DNA of 64,000 nucleotides. It comes from Lingula anatina (Eukaryota > Animalia > Brachiopoda). Under the pieces are notes generated by a model. That model was not told where the DNA came from, did no database searches, and worked only from the letters and a program-made list of their open reading frames with translations. Numbering within the stretch: position 1 is the stretch's first letter; the number at the start of each line of letters is the position of its first letter. This document shows, piece after piece, positions 1 through 12,500 of the stretch. The stretch is taken from contig CM120642.1 of assembly GCA_051362555.1 (NCBI GenBank), positions 32,736,001 to 32,800,000 on the forward strand, read 5' to 3'. The position numbers and the translations under genes were made by a program.

Positions 1-3000
1 GACGTAGCATCATCAGCGGTGTCATTCAGTGTCACAGTGTAAGGTGACAATTCCACATTCCTCACACTGCCAAAGAAATCCGTCACCAGTACTTTCTTAG
101 GGTCCCGCTGAAACAGGTCTGTCCTCACTCCCACTGTAGATACACAGGCAGACTTTGGGCACACTTTTAACTGGAAGTGTCAATACAAAGATTCATCAGA
201 TCATAGAAGTTTCAGCAGTATATCAATTACCCTTTTAAGCCTAAGGTGTTGGGTTACTTCAAAGTAAGTGGACTGGACTGAAATCTGACCAGTGCCTATG
301 ATCAGATTGATAATTTAAATATCTAACTACGCTAAATTTGCAGAAGTAATGTACATGAAAAACCTGAATAGCTCAAATACTAGAATTATATTTAAAAAGT
401 TTCAATAACATCATATTTCCAGTCTGTGTATTTATGTTTTACTGTGTAATAATCAGGGGCGGCAAGAGGCTGTTTTCTAGATCTTTTGGAAGATGGTTTG
501 AATTTTTCAAGTTTACACTGACCGCCATTTAAGTTATTTCTTTGTCAGAAGCATTAAAAAACAGAGGATGGACAAAAAAAAGATGATTTGGAAGACTACC
601 AGAAAATATCTCTGGATCCGTCCCTGACAATTGTCATTGTTTTACTTACAAATTGACTAAGAGTTTTCTTGCTTTCTGGGGTCACTTTCTCCAAGAACTC
701 CAGAGCATAGTATGTGTATCTATCTATAACATAGACACCAATAGCAGAGTCCACATGGTGCTGGAATATACAGTATTGAGTTATTATAGAACATAATATG
801 TACATCTGTCTATAACACAGACACCAATAGCAGAGTCTACATGGTGCTGAAAAATACAGAGTTATTATAGAAGATAATATATTTCAGGGATGGATATTTT
901 ATACCATAAAAGTACAAAAGAGGTTCTAAATACTATGAGCTAAAAATGGATGGGAAAGGGAAAAAATCTCAATGCATCTTGCAAATTATCATGTATTTAA
1001 TATACAGTTAAAACAGACATAAGCCTAGCTTATTTAAAAAAAAAAAAAAACTCTCTGACATTTATTGCAGAAACATTAAAAACCATCAAAACTGAATTTC
1101 AAAATACGAAATTCTGTGATTTTGCTAAAAAGGAGTCCTCCCCGCCTCTGCTGCTAGCCACGCCCAGTATACTTACAGACAAGGAGTCCTCCCCCACTCT
1201 GCTGCTAACCACGCCCAGTATACTTACAGACAAGGAGTCCTCCCCCACTCTGCTGCTAGCCACGCCCAGTATACTTACAGACAAGGAGTCCTCCCTCACT
1301 CTGCTGCTAGCCACGCCCAGTATACTTACAGACAAGGAGTCCTTCCCCCACTCTGCTGCTAGCCACGCCCAGTATACTTACAGACAAGGAGTCCTCCCCC
1401 ACTCTGCTGCTAGCCACGCCCAGTATACTTACAGACAAGGAGTCCTCCCCCACTCTGCTGCTAGCCACACCCAGTATGTTTGGGGAGTACAACTTCTGGT
1501 ACATGGATTCTGCCTGACATGTGTCAATTATAAATAACACCTCGTGATACCTACAAGAAAATAAAGTACTTCTGAACCATTCCATGGCATTCAAAGTATT
1601 CTAAGGCCACACTTTTTTAATTTTATGGATGACATCCTGCGCGCGCACGGATTTTCGCCCGTTCTCCAAAAAAAAAAAAAAAAAAAAAAAAAGCCCCCCC
1701 CCCCAGCCCCCAACGAAGTCGGTTGTCGCAAACGTTGTTATTGAATTTGCAAGGAAATGAGCTTTCTGCGCATGCGTATTTTCGCCACGTGGAAATGCGG
1801 CCACTTTGCTGTCAAATTCATCTCTAGGATTACTTTCAAATTACACAACAATAAAAGTCATAAAGAGAACGGGCGCCATCGTTTTGGATTGGTATGCCAT
1901 TGATATTGGGCATGGAGATATCACCTTTTTACAATTGTGCGAAAGGCTGGCGGCGGCCGAAACATTTCTGTGACATTCTGTATAAAGCAGCACGTTAATA
2001 CCAGGTTTTCTGTAGCGAAAAAAGGGTCGACAAGGGCGTCGAGGTATTTGGTGGGCTGAAGGTCGGACAGGCCACCTGACAGTTTAGCTGCTTCGTGTGA
2101 GTTGAAGTTGACAAAATGGCATCGTCTGAAATGACCTTTAATAGATTTGGTAGTATTAAGCATATCTTTGCATCATTTTTTAAACATTTCTGTGAAGTGT
2201 TCAAAATGTTTTAATATTCTGAGAATACAAATAAAGACACACTGTTTGATTGATATTTGTTTTATTGATTGCTATACCAAATGAATGCATGAAATAACCT
2301 TAAATAGATTTGGTAATATGAAGTATATCAATTCATGACTTTTTTTACATTTCTACGAAGTATTCACAATGCTTTAATATTTTGAGAGCATGGATAAAGA
2401 CATATTGTTAGTTTGATACGTGTTTCTGTGGTTAAATTTGTGTTTCCAGCTGTGTACTGACAGCAATCCTTTACTTAAGCAGTTTTTTTTTTTTTTTGAC
2501 TGTTTTTTTTTTTTTTTCGCCCTCTCGCACCGATTTTGGGGTACTCAGAGGATGTCATCCATAAAAATAAAAAAGTGTGGCCTAATATATATCAGAACAT
2601 TTCTGCCCATCATATGTCAGCATTTTTAATTACTAAACATACTTTCAAATTAGAAAAAAAAAAGTAAAGCATCTTTGTGACTTTGAAAGTATTTCAAGAA
2701 AATTGGTATTTCTGGTGCCTCTTTCATCTAGTTACATGTATGCATCTAGTTACAAAAAATCTGGCAACTTTATAATTTAGAACTGATTTTAACAAATTTC
2801 AAACTTCATTCAACTTATACACAAATCCAATCACCTCATCTATTCTTTTGACTACTGTTACGGTGTTTACCTCTGTTTCTGCCACATTTGTTCAAAGGCG
2901 TCAGCCAGCTCAATACTGGAGATTTCTTCTGCATCTTGGAACTTCAGGAAACCATCACCACCATGACCTTAAAGTACATCAGTGGCAAAGTAAAATTTTT

Positions 3001-6000
3001 CTGGTGAAATTTTGGGGAAAAAAAATTTAAAAAGCAAGAAAAAAGGCTGATATAACAGTATTGTACAAGCTTCATTGTAAACAAATACCAACACACTGTA
3101 AACTAACTACTCTCTGCAATCCGCCAAAACCAAGGAATTGTACAGAACTTATGCTATTTTCTGAAAGACAAGATAATGGGAAAGGCTCGTCGAGTAAGCA
3201 ATCATGCAACAAATATAAGCTAATTACTTGGTCATATTATATTATACAACACTTACCAGTCATGTAGACTAAAATGTTACTTCTGTCATCAGAGAGGAGT
3301 CGTTTGGAGCGCGGTGTGCTGGGAGGAAGCCGTCCAGTCATTACTCTGATGAAGTTCTCAACCGTCACCTGAAGGCAAAACAACATAAATTTAAAGAACA
3401 ACTGATCACAGAAACCAACTTGAAATTGGTTACTTAAAGAGGTTGACTGTTCCTCTGAGACATCATTATATACCAGTACTATCTAAAATGATATAAGAAT
3501 ACTTCAAAAGAATAACACCGACTGTCTTTGAAATATTTTAGTTCAGTTCAGTATTCGAAGCTGAAGCAAAACCGAAGCTGTACTTCTACTAGTAAGTAAC
3601 TTTTTACCAAAATGTAAACCAAAAGACTTGTACCTCATATCCCCTGTAGTCTACTTCCACATCATGGCCATACACATTGATCTGTTCATTGGCATTATTG
3701 AACACCATAGCTACAACAGAAGAACATGCCAGGAATTATAATACTTCACACCAGATGGAGCTGCCAGTGTTATATTGGCATTGTTGAACACCATGGCTAC
3801 AACAGTAGAACATGACAGGAATTATAAACTCCACATTAAATTAAGTTGCAAGTTTTATATTAGCATTACTGAAAAGTATGGCTGTTCAAAAAGAACACTC
3901 CAGGAATTATTAACTTGATAGTGTCTCTAGGTGTTACATGAAGTCAAAAATTACACTTACTATATTTGTTATTGAGAAAGCGATATTCAACTAGGTTTAA
4001 TCGCAATAAAAGAGGCATACTTTGTACTTTTTTTAACATGCCACATCTTTCCTACTCCACACAAATAAAATAAAACATGTGTTAGTATTATTTTCAACTC
4101 TTTATTGATAGATAATCAATGATAAAACTATTACCTGGCCTTGGATTTCTAGGATTACATGCCATGTCATCTGCTATCATCAGGATAATCTGGCTGAAAT
4201 AGACAATAATGAAATTATGCCACTAGTGACTACTTTAACTAATTCATGTCTGATATTTAAAAGGTTGGCTCACTGTTAAGTTTAATATGAAAACATAGGT
4301 TGTCACATCTTATATATATATAGAAAGTTACTCCATGTTTAAATTCATGGGGGGGGGGGGGGGGTTCGGGTGGTTCAAAAGAACCACCCTTTTTGCTGGG
4401 AAAAGGTCCACTCTGGGTAAAATTTGACCTATGTACTTGAGGATTTTATGGTAAAAGGTCCACTTTTTCAGAAAACGAACCCCCCTCTGAAATTGCTGGC
4501 TACGGGCCTGTAGCCCTTAGGAACTCAAACATTTAAGGCCATTACAGTGATTGTAATTGAGGAGAATCTCCTGCAGAGTTGGATTGATCAAACTAGTATA
4601 CTATGGGTTTATCTGAGTGCTCCCTGACATGCCTTGATATATTTTACCTGTCTGGTATCCCCAGTCACAGACCTATAGATGGACAGAACATTGACAATAT
4701 TACCTGTCTGGAATTCCCGGTCTTTTCACAGACCTATAGATGGAGAGAACATTGACAATATTACCTGTCTGGAATCCCTAGTCTTTTCACAGACCTATAG
4801 ATGGACAGAACATTGGCAACATGGCGATAATTGAACCAGAAACGGGAAGTGTCTACAAGCACTGCCCAGTTATTAGTGTGACCACTCTTGAAGAAATCAC
4901 TAACTTTTTCCTGGAATGAGGTGGAATATTTATCGTTAGTACCAACATATAATGACATTCCAATTTAATTTAAATTTCTAACTTAATGACAACCAAGCAG
5001 CATTAACTTATGTACAGCAAAACACATTCTAGGTACTGTAGATCTAAAAGTAAAACATTGCAAAAAATAAAAATAAATAAATAAATAAATTTGGGTGATA
5101 ATGCATGAGTGTCGAAAAATAGTTATGCGTGACCCAAAGATGATTTCGTGAGACGACTCGTTTAAATGATATATATATATATATAATGTTAAAATTTTAG
5201 CAAGCCTAGACCCCGTGTACCGTACATGATGTGGTACTTTTGTAGTATACCCCCCCACCCTGTAACTTCCTGAAACTTTCATTTTTCAAACATTTTTTTA
5301 CTTTGTCTTTTTCACCTATGTCAAAGCTGTTGAAATAAAATGTTTTTGTAATTACCTGTGGTCTTTTTATTAGTTTTAATCACGTTTAATCCACCCCATT
5401 GAAATACAATGTGAAAATTTACAATGTATCTGCAGTCAATAACTTGCAGCGTTTTCGTTGGCTAACTCTAACTTATTTTATGTGAACATAAGATTGATAC
5501 ATTGTATACTTGGACTTCCTCTGTGAAATTATTATGAGCTACTTGTTCACATAAAATTACCTTAGAGTTAGCCAACGAAAACGCGGCAAGTTATTGACTG
5601 CGGGTGTAAATTGAAGATTCTAACATTGTATTTCAATGGGCTGGATTAAACGTGATTAAAACTAATGAAAAGTCCACAGGTAATTACAAAAGCATTTTAT
5701 TTCAACAGCTTTGACATAGATGAACAAGAAAATGTAAAAAAACTGTTTGAAAAGTGAAAGTTACAGAAAGTTACAGGGTGGGGGGGTATACTACAAAAGT
5801 ACCCATGATGTATGGTGATCGAAAAAAAATAGCCGGTCCTAGTATTTTAGGATTTGTGATCAACTCAGAGTGTTCTAAGTAATATCACCCTAAAGGTAGC
5901 GATAGGTAATTGACGATTCTTACCTCCGATGTCTGTGATTGAGTTTGGTTCAGAAATAACAACAAAACAAAGGTGAATATGCATGCTTTCTGCAAATCCT

Positions 6001-6013
6001 TGTTATCCTCCAT
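1..6013 (-). CDS. PIGK: GPI-anchor transamidase catalytic subunit (GPI8/PIG-K, peptidase C13); 9 exons in window, 3' end runs off the window
   Basis: Exons (minus strand): 5924-6013, 4765-4910, 4135-4193, 3634-3710, 3257-3368, 2871-2967, 1433-1550, 650-760, <1-170. All have GT-AG junctions and stay in frame. Translation gives a signal peptide-like N-terminus, then [48 protein letters not shown], catalytic His in [15 protein letters not shown], catalytic Cys in FIIDTCQA, and VTDFFGSVR. Confidence 0.97.
454..626. mobile_element. ~175-bp MITE with CAGGGGCGG termini (family A, copy 1)
   Basis: Ends CAGGGGCGG...GGATCCGTCCCTG. Homologous by eye to 10010-10190 and 24368-24537. Flanks ATAAT/ACAAT form a near 5-bp TSD. 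Confidence 0.7.
719..870. repeat. 86-bp tandem duplication spanning the PIGK exon 8 acceptor
   Basis: TATAACA(T/C)AGACACCAATAGCAGAGTC(C/T)ACATGGTGCTG occurs twice, 86 nt apart (acceptor CTG at 761-763 and 847-849). Confidence 0.85.
1130..1476. repeat. 51-bp minisatellite (~7 copies) formed from the PIGK exon 7 3' end plus its donor site
   Basis: Unit AAGGAGTCCTCCCCCACTCTGCTGCTAGCCACGCCCAGTATACTTACAGAC starts at 1130, 1181, 1232, 1283, 1334, 1386 and 1437; one unit is 52 nt. Confidence 0.95.
1605..2582. mobile_element. Non-autonomous PIF/Harbinger-type DNA transposon (~980 bp) in PIGK intron 6
   Basis: ~33-bp TIR GGCCACACTTTTTTA(A/T)TTTTATGGATGACATCCT at both ends, flanked by a TAA target-site duplication (1602-1604 and 2583-2585). 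Internal ~140-bp direct repeat. No transposase ORF. Confidence 0.85.
3688..3915. repeat. ~86-bp tandem duplication (2 good copies + 1 degenerate) spanning the PIGK exon 4 acceptor
   Basis: GGCATT(A/G)TTGAACACCAT(A/G)GCTACAACAG.AGAACATG.CAGGAATTATAA is repeated; acceptors CTA at 3711-3713 and 3797-3799. Confidence 0.8.
4345..4510. mobile_element. Degenerate MITE fragment with a CTGGCTACGGGCCTG right end
   Basis: GGGGGTTCG...CGAACCCCCC internal inverted repeat, duplicated AAAAGGTCCACT, and a CTG-ending terminus. Left TIR missing. Confidence 0.4.
4644..4819. repeat. ~60-bp tandem triplication of the PIGK exon 2 3' end plus donor
   Basis: TTACCTGTCTGG...CACAGACCTATAGATGGA(C/G)AGAACATTG occurs three times in tandem. 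Confidence 0.88.
5223..5812. mobile_element. Foldback/MITE-like long inverted repeat (~265-bp arms) in PIGK intron 1
   Basis: GGTACTTTTGTAGTATACCCCCCCACCCTGTAACTT...TTTTATGTGAACA is matched by its reverse complement TGTTCACATAAAA...AAGTTACAGGGTGGGGGGGTATACTACAAAAGTACC, with a spacer of about 55 nt. Confidence 0.85.
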
Positions 6014-6551
6014 CTTGGATTCGGCTGCACAAATTCTTGCGCTCCAAACAAAATAGTTCCATCTAGATTATGTGAAAATCCATGTCTTTAAATCAAGTTT
6101 TTTTATCATTCTACCTTTCAAAAATTTTATCACAGAATGGACAACATTATTTTCATGATGGCATTGGGCATAACAAGGTAAAAATATAAGATGCAGCATT
6201 ACGTTAAAATAGCATAGAAAAAGTTAAAACAGGGCCCCAAATTTCAATCAATATAATTCAAATAACAACTTTCATCTGTGGATTACTTTGCGGGAATTCT
6301 TTGAAAAAAGAAAGCTTAGAACAGATATTTAATATCAGTTAATCTGATTTCAAGTTGTGTCTTATTTTCGGGACACGCTAGGGTATTAACTTTTCACGCG
6401 TAACCTCGCGCACCTTGCCTGAGGCTACGTGACCTAATTTGCCGCCATATTTGTTATCCTTGGTTACAGCTCAGTCAAGCAAATATACTGAGCCAAAGAA
6501 GTTGGGACGATAGCGACCTAAGTCAGGAACAGACCGTCAAAACTTGTCAAA
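6014..6551. promoter_or_regulatory. Bidirectional promoter region shared by PIGK and the AK5-like gene
   Basis: Divergent ATGs at 6013 (-) and 6552 (+). CpG-enriched. YY1-like GCCGCCATATT at 6441-6451 and RFX X-box-like GTTATCCTTGGTTAC at 6453-6467. Confidence 0.7.
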
Positions 6552-9500
6552 ATGACGAGTAGTGACGCAAAGAAGTATTTGACCAACAAGGAGATCCCTC
6601 AGTTATTTGAGGTAAGCCTTGAAATGAGGAAAATTTCAGACTTTTGATGCAGTTTTCGTTTCTTGTTGAAATTCTTGAAATGTGATGTCCCGAGCCAATA
6701 CAAATGGCATTGCCATTGACACCATTCATAAGACTATGGATGATAACTTAGATACCGCGGAGTCCGCTGTAGGCGATTTGCTAACATCATCTGTGCACGT
6801 TTTTGGAGAAAATATAACTGGCGAATTAGCGAGATAAATTTTTGGATGACATACTGTATAATAATTAAATTTAAACCAGCGTTAAATCGCAATTAAGAAG
6901 TTAGTACACTTGTGGTTGTGCATGTAAGTAAACCAGTGGTAAAGCACAAATTCTGTGTCCAAGAAACGGATGCAGTCTTGTAAGTGGCAATACCTCTGCC
7001 CTAAACTGTGTATATGTTTGGATCCCATGCAGTTTTTGAATTAATAAATGAATATAATATGATCTGTTTGCAATGAATTTACAGGGCATTAGCAATTGTC
7101 CAAAGGATCAATAGTCCCAGTGTTTACTATAGAACCTTCCGACCAACAAAACCTTGATTAAAAAAATGATGACAATGCAAGGATTTTTCAGCCCATTTGA
7201 TGAACCTTCGGACCAATGAATGTTCAGACTATTGAGATGCCACCAATTTTTACATCTACACATGTACCGGTAGATACTGTGTGTAATATGTTAAGAGTAG
7301 ATTTATTGTGATGCTACTAATTATATCTATTTCAGAGTCTCATGACAGGCCTCCTGTTTAACCGTCCTGAGGATCACATTGCATTTTTGCAAGCTTGCTT
7401 GGAGAAGGTAAAACACGAGGGCCTTCACAATATCAAATGGAATGTTTTCATAGAGCACGCCAACGGCAAAAAGCCTTTACCTCCCATTGCTCCAGGAACA
7501 AATGGAAAGATAGAGAAGAAGGAGCCAGAAACACGTGAGTATTCTTTGATATTAAGTAATTCACTCTGCACTATCTGTACATGTAGAAAAAAATAATTAA
7601 ATTGATTTTACCAGTTGAGGGATTGTTTTTATTAAAATAATTTTTTTAATAACAGCCCTCCAAGAAAATCTTATAATCAGTTTTTGGACAGATCAATACA
7701 TTAGTAGACTAAAACCTGTTAAGACAACATGAATGATTAGATAACCCATTCTGAAACTTGTTATACTTCAAGGCCTGTGGCCAGCTATTAATCAGATATC
7801 TTATATATATATACAGTAATATTAGTGACCCGAGCCATCAGAAAACCAATTCAGAGTCTGTATTTTGATACAGTGCACTTATAGCATTCCAATAATTGCA
7901 AGGTTGAAATTAACACAACTTTCTCTTATATACTTTAAACTGTTAAAAACCATACAGATTCAATAATACTGGTACAGTACACAGTAGTAGCTACTTACTA
8001 GTACTTAATTCTTAACATATACTTACTGGTTTTAATGGCAGTGCACTGTTCTGTTATTTTTGCACACACTAGTGGATGAATTACTTGCCAGTTTGGAAAC
8101 ATCTTCAAGCATTACTCTAATGGCATGTAGGTAACCCTGGTGACAGGAAACTTTTAAGGCAAATTTCCAGCTCAGTTGTGACAGTTTAACATAGCATCAT
8201 ACTATCCTGGTGGACCATGTGATTATATTGTCTAACCACAGGGAGTCTATCTAATTTCTTTGTTGTCCCACACTCTGTCAGTATATATAATATATAATAT
8301 ATAATGTGACATAACTACCAGTAGTCTGGATGGACAAAAATCAAAAGGATGTGGCCTACCAAGATAGTATGTTATTAATTTTGAAGTATCACAACTGAAT
8401 CTTCATTTAATATGTGTCTGTATAGCTTCTTCTTTCCCACTTGACTCCTTCAAACCCGATATAGTCCACATTATTATTATTAGAAAACAGAAGACTTTAT
8501 TTTACCCAAATCTGGACATTGGGTACTCATCTTTTGTCAGTATGCCATTCATTGCCTAGCTTAGATTTGGGCATGGTTCTTCAAGTGACATGTGCCTAAA
8601 ATAAGTCATGTGCAAACCCAGCTAATAACTTTGAAAGAAACAAACATAAATCCCCATGGTAACCAGATCAACCCTTTGTTGCATTTCTCTCCTTGCCAAA
8701 GTCAAAAAGAGAATTTTTATTTGATACAGATGGCTTATTGCATGCACAGCATGTTTTATGTGGCTCAGTTACACAGTTATAGTGAAGTTGTTTTTGTAGT
8801 ATGTGGGATGTTTACCAGCAGGTCCTTGCATGATGGCTTCAGTGATTTCTTTAAGTGATTTATTTTCACCCTCGTCATCTGTGCTGAAATATGTACTGCA
8901 TGTCTCTCTGCATGCTTTCAGTAATATTTATAGTATTAATACTTAGTAAGCTTTTTACCCTGCCTCCTTGTTCTTACCCACTCCTTCATGTATGTATAGT
9001 AATCATCCTAAGAAATTATTATGAATCCTGTAATATGATAATCAGCAACCTTTGTGATAATTTTGCCTGTTAGTTGTATAAATATTGGTTAATAATATTG
9101 TTCATGTACCAATGTGACCTTTGCTTCAATATTAGTTAATTGGTGTGCTTTATTGTATGAATGTATATGTTCATGTCATGTATTGGATATCATAGGTAAT
9201 AGAAACTCTTTTGTAACATATAAATTTATGCCCTATTGTACCCATCACTGTGTATATAAATTTTGACTTCATTGGTAGGACATTTAAGGATACGCAAAGT
9301 TAACAAATGTTTTGTATTTTTTACTTGTATTAAATGATTTTGGGAATGCATGCACAGCTGTTGAAATGTATAATTGTACTTTATCAGAAAAATTGAAATT
9401 TTGAAAAGTAATGAAAATTCAAGTGTTTTTCTTTTAAGAAAATTTAAAAATTGTAAGATAAAATTAATGCATAAAGTGCCAATTTTTCAATAACTTTTAT

Positions 9501-12500
9501 TCTCTCTCCCCCCCCCCCCCAAAAAATACATAATTTCACATCTTTGCCATAAATCCTTATATTTTAAAATCTTATTAATTTCACACTTTATTAATAATTT
9601 CCTGATGGTTTTCAGCTTCAGTTCCCACAGAGATGAGGAAATCCAGTCCTCTCCCACCTATACGAAGCACCACGCCCTCCAAAGAACCAGCTCCTGTTGC
9701 TCCAGCCACGCCAGCAGTGCCATCTAGTGGCAGTGATCAGCTGCCAACTGCTCATGTTGTGCTGGTCATGGGTAGGGTGGAATTAAACTTATATTTTAAT
9801 ATATGAAATTGTAATGAATGAAATAAATGACATTACACTAAAAATCATTCTACCACTGAAGAATATACATAAAAGTAATAATTTAATGTTTGAATTCACA
9901 GAATTTTTTTACTAAAAAATACATCCAGAATCATCAACAAGTGCATATGTCTAAACTTAAGTTATGGTTGTTCCATGTTTAACATCTTGGTCAGTTAACA
10001 CAGGTACTGCAGGGGTGAATCCAGAGATATTTTCTGACTGTCTCCCAAACTACATTGTATCTTTATTGATCCATCCTCCATTTTTGACCGTCTCCTGACA
10101 GAAAAAAATAGATACCCATCCATGTAAACTTGAAAATCTGACCGTCCTCTGGGTCTTTCGGAAGACAGTCAGATTTTCAATCTGCCACTGTACTACTGGT
10201 AGATGTAATGTTATATCTTTGCCTCCAGGTGGTCCGGGCAGCGGCAAGGACATGCAGGCACTCCGCCTGGCAGACAAATACCAAGGTTGGGTGTATATAT
10301 CCACTGGTGATCTACTCAGGAAACAAGTGGCCGACAAAGGTGCCAGTGACACGAAATGGGGCAAGATCAGCACGCTTCTCCAGGACGGAGAAATGGCACC
10401 AGAGGTCAGCACTTGCTTAAATACAAGTAGAGGGTTAAAACTACGGCCTATGTGTGGTTTTTAGAATTGCTAGAAAAAGGTTCATGTGGTTTGGATACGT
10501 TTTCACAAATTATGTACAGTGTCCTTGCTTTTTTATTTACAAAGTTGATAATTTATTTGATTTCATCTTAATTAAAAGGCAATGATCATGCAATTCCTCT
10601 GTCAGTTGATTTACTGCTAAGTTAAACATCTTTTTCCCTGTGAAATCTTTTTGCTATTTTATCCTCACCTGTTTATTAAAAGAAACTGAAAAATGGAGAC
10701 TCTTTACTTTCTTTCTTTCTTTGTTCGTTTCTTTATTTATTTTTATTGGATATAAAGAGTTTGGAATTTTGAAAAAATGTTACAGAGGCGCAATGAATTA
10801 TAATTTTATCTTAATTGTTGCTTGCTAACAGATGGTTTTGATAACAATTTTCTAATTTGTGTTCAGGAGGACACAGTCGAGCTGTTGATGGATTGTATGA
10901 AGCAGCACCCTGATGCCAAAGGTTTCATCATCACTGGCTATCCCAGGACGCTGACACAGCTGGAGGAATGCAAAAAACATGTAAGTGGAAGCCCTGGGGT
11001 ATTCAGGGTACCCGCAGTTTGGATGGGAGACAATAATTAAAAATAAGCAGTTAATTGTGCTCTGCCTAGCTATTTGTAAAATTAAATAGATTTGATTTAC
11101 TATTTTTGTGTGTTTATTTTTATATGATGTGAATTGGTATTAACTGATATGTTTTATTTTAATTCATTTGAAAAATGTAGTCAGTTTTAAAAAATATATG
11201 ATACACAGAGAAAGTATTTAAAAAATAACACCACATATTAGGAACCTGTCATTTATGTTTTGATTCTTTTTTTGGTACAAATTTTACTTTTTTTTCCTAT
11301 CTTTTCTAATCCTGCACCTCTTTTTTTTTCAGATTGGTCAGATAGACTTAGTTTTGATGTTCGACTGTGACGAGAATGAATGCTTGCAGAACATCATTGG
11401 CAGAGGTGCCACCACTGGCAGATCTGACGACAACGAGGCTGCAGCGAAACGTCGCATTGCATATTTCAAACAAAACACACTTCAGGTTGCCAAACATTTT
11501 GAAGATGCTGGAAAGTTACACATTGTAAGTAAAATTTTCCTCATTTATTGACATCTATTTTTGTTTTTATGAGAGTGTTTCCTGAGATATCAAAGGAAAT
11601 AGAACTTGGAATTTAGCTTCTTTTTCTCATTTCTAAGAACTGTGAATAACAATTTGATGCATGATCTGAAGTATTTTTGAATAAATTTTAGGCAAAGCTA
11701 ATACTCTTTCAGACTATTTAATTAGATAAGATAAAGGACTTCTTGTTCCACTTTGAAGTTAGTTTATTTAGGCTCACATTGACATTTTTTTTTCAATTCA
11801 GGTTGATGGTGGCAGAAGTGGAGACGATATCTTCTTTGAGGCTTGCGTGGCTTTTGACAATGTTTTTTACAATAAGGGCACACCAGGTATGTAGCCTATA
11901 ATTTTTAAAAATGCATTAATAATTTGATATCTTTTTTCTCAAAATCCCATGTTTCTGCTTTACACTTTATTCCAAAACAAAATCAATACAAAAATGTTCA
12001 TGATCCTATTGACATGCAGCTGTTATGAACAAAGTAAATAAAGTGAGTGAATAAAGTGCCTGAGTAGTACATGTAAGACTTGTCCACCAAACACACATGA
12101 CATAATGTTATTATTTATGATATGTATTCCACTATTGTAGTCCACTGACTCTTGATCATAAGTTGATATTAATTTTTGTGTATTCCAAACCAGGAGAGCC
12201 CAGCGCCACTCCAGCTTCTTCAGAGTCAGCAGTAGCTTCTCTGGTGAAGGTTCAGTTACCCCCTGTGCCCTTAGTGCTGGTGATGGGTAAGTTGCCATGG
12301 AAACACTCACTCGGGGAGAGGTTCATCAGATTAAGCTTGTTATAACTGTGACTTGATATTCTCCCTAAAGTAACATTTTTTCCTCCACCTTTTTCTTTTT
12401 TTTTTTTTTTAATCGGATTATCATGAATTAAGTTCAAGAGAGTGGATTATTAAGCCTTGGGTAATTGCTTACAATAATTGTCTTTCTGAACATAGTGGTC

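Noticed and set aside
1099-1335. ORF of repeated [17 protein letters not shown]
   Set aside because: By-product of the intronic 51-bp minisatellite, not an independent gene.
1130-1476. Regularly spaced repeats resembling a CRISPR array
   Set aside because: No unique spacers; the units are contiguous copies of a eukaryotic exon end, and there are no cas genes.
1921-2204. ORFs inside the Harbinger-like element
   Set aside because: Short, with no DDE or Myb/SANT motifs; the element is non-autonomous.
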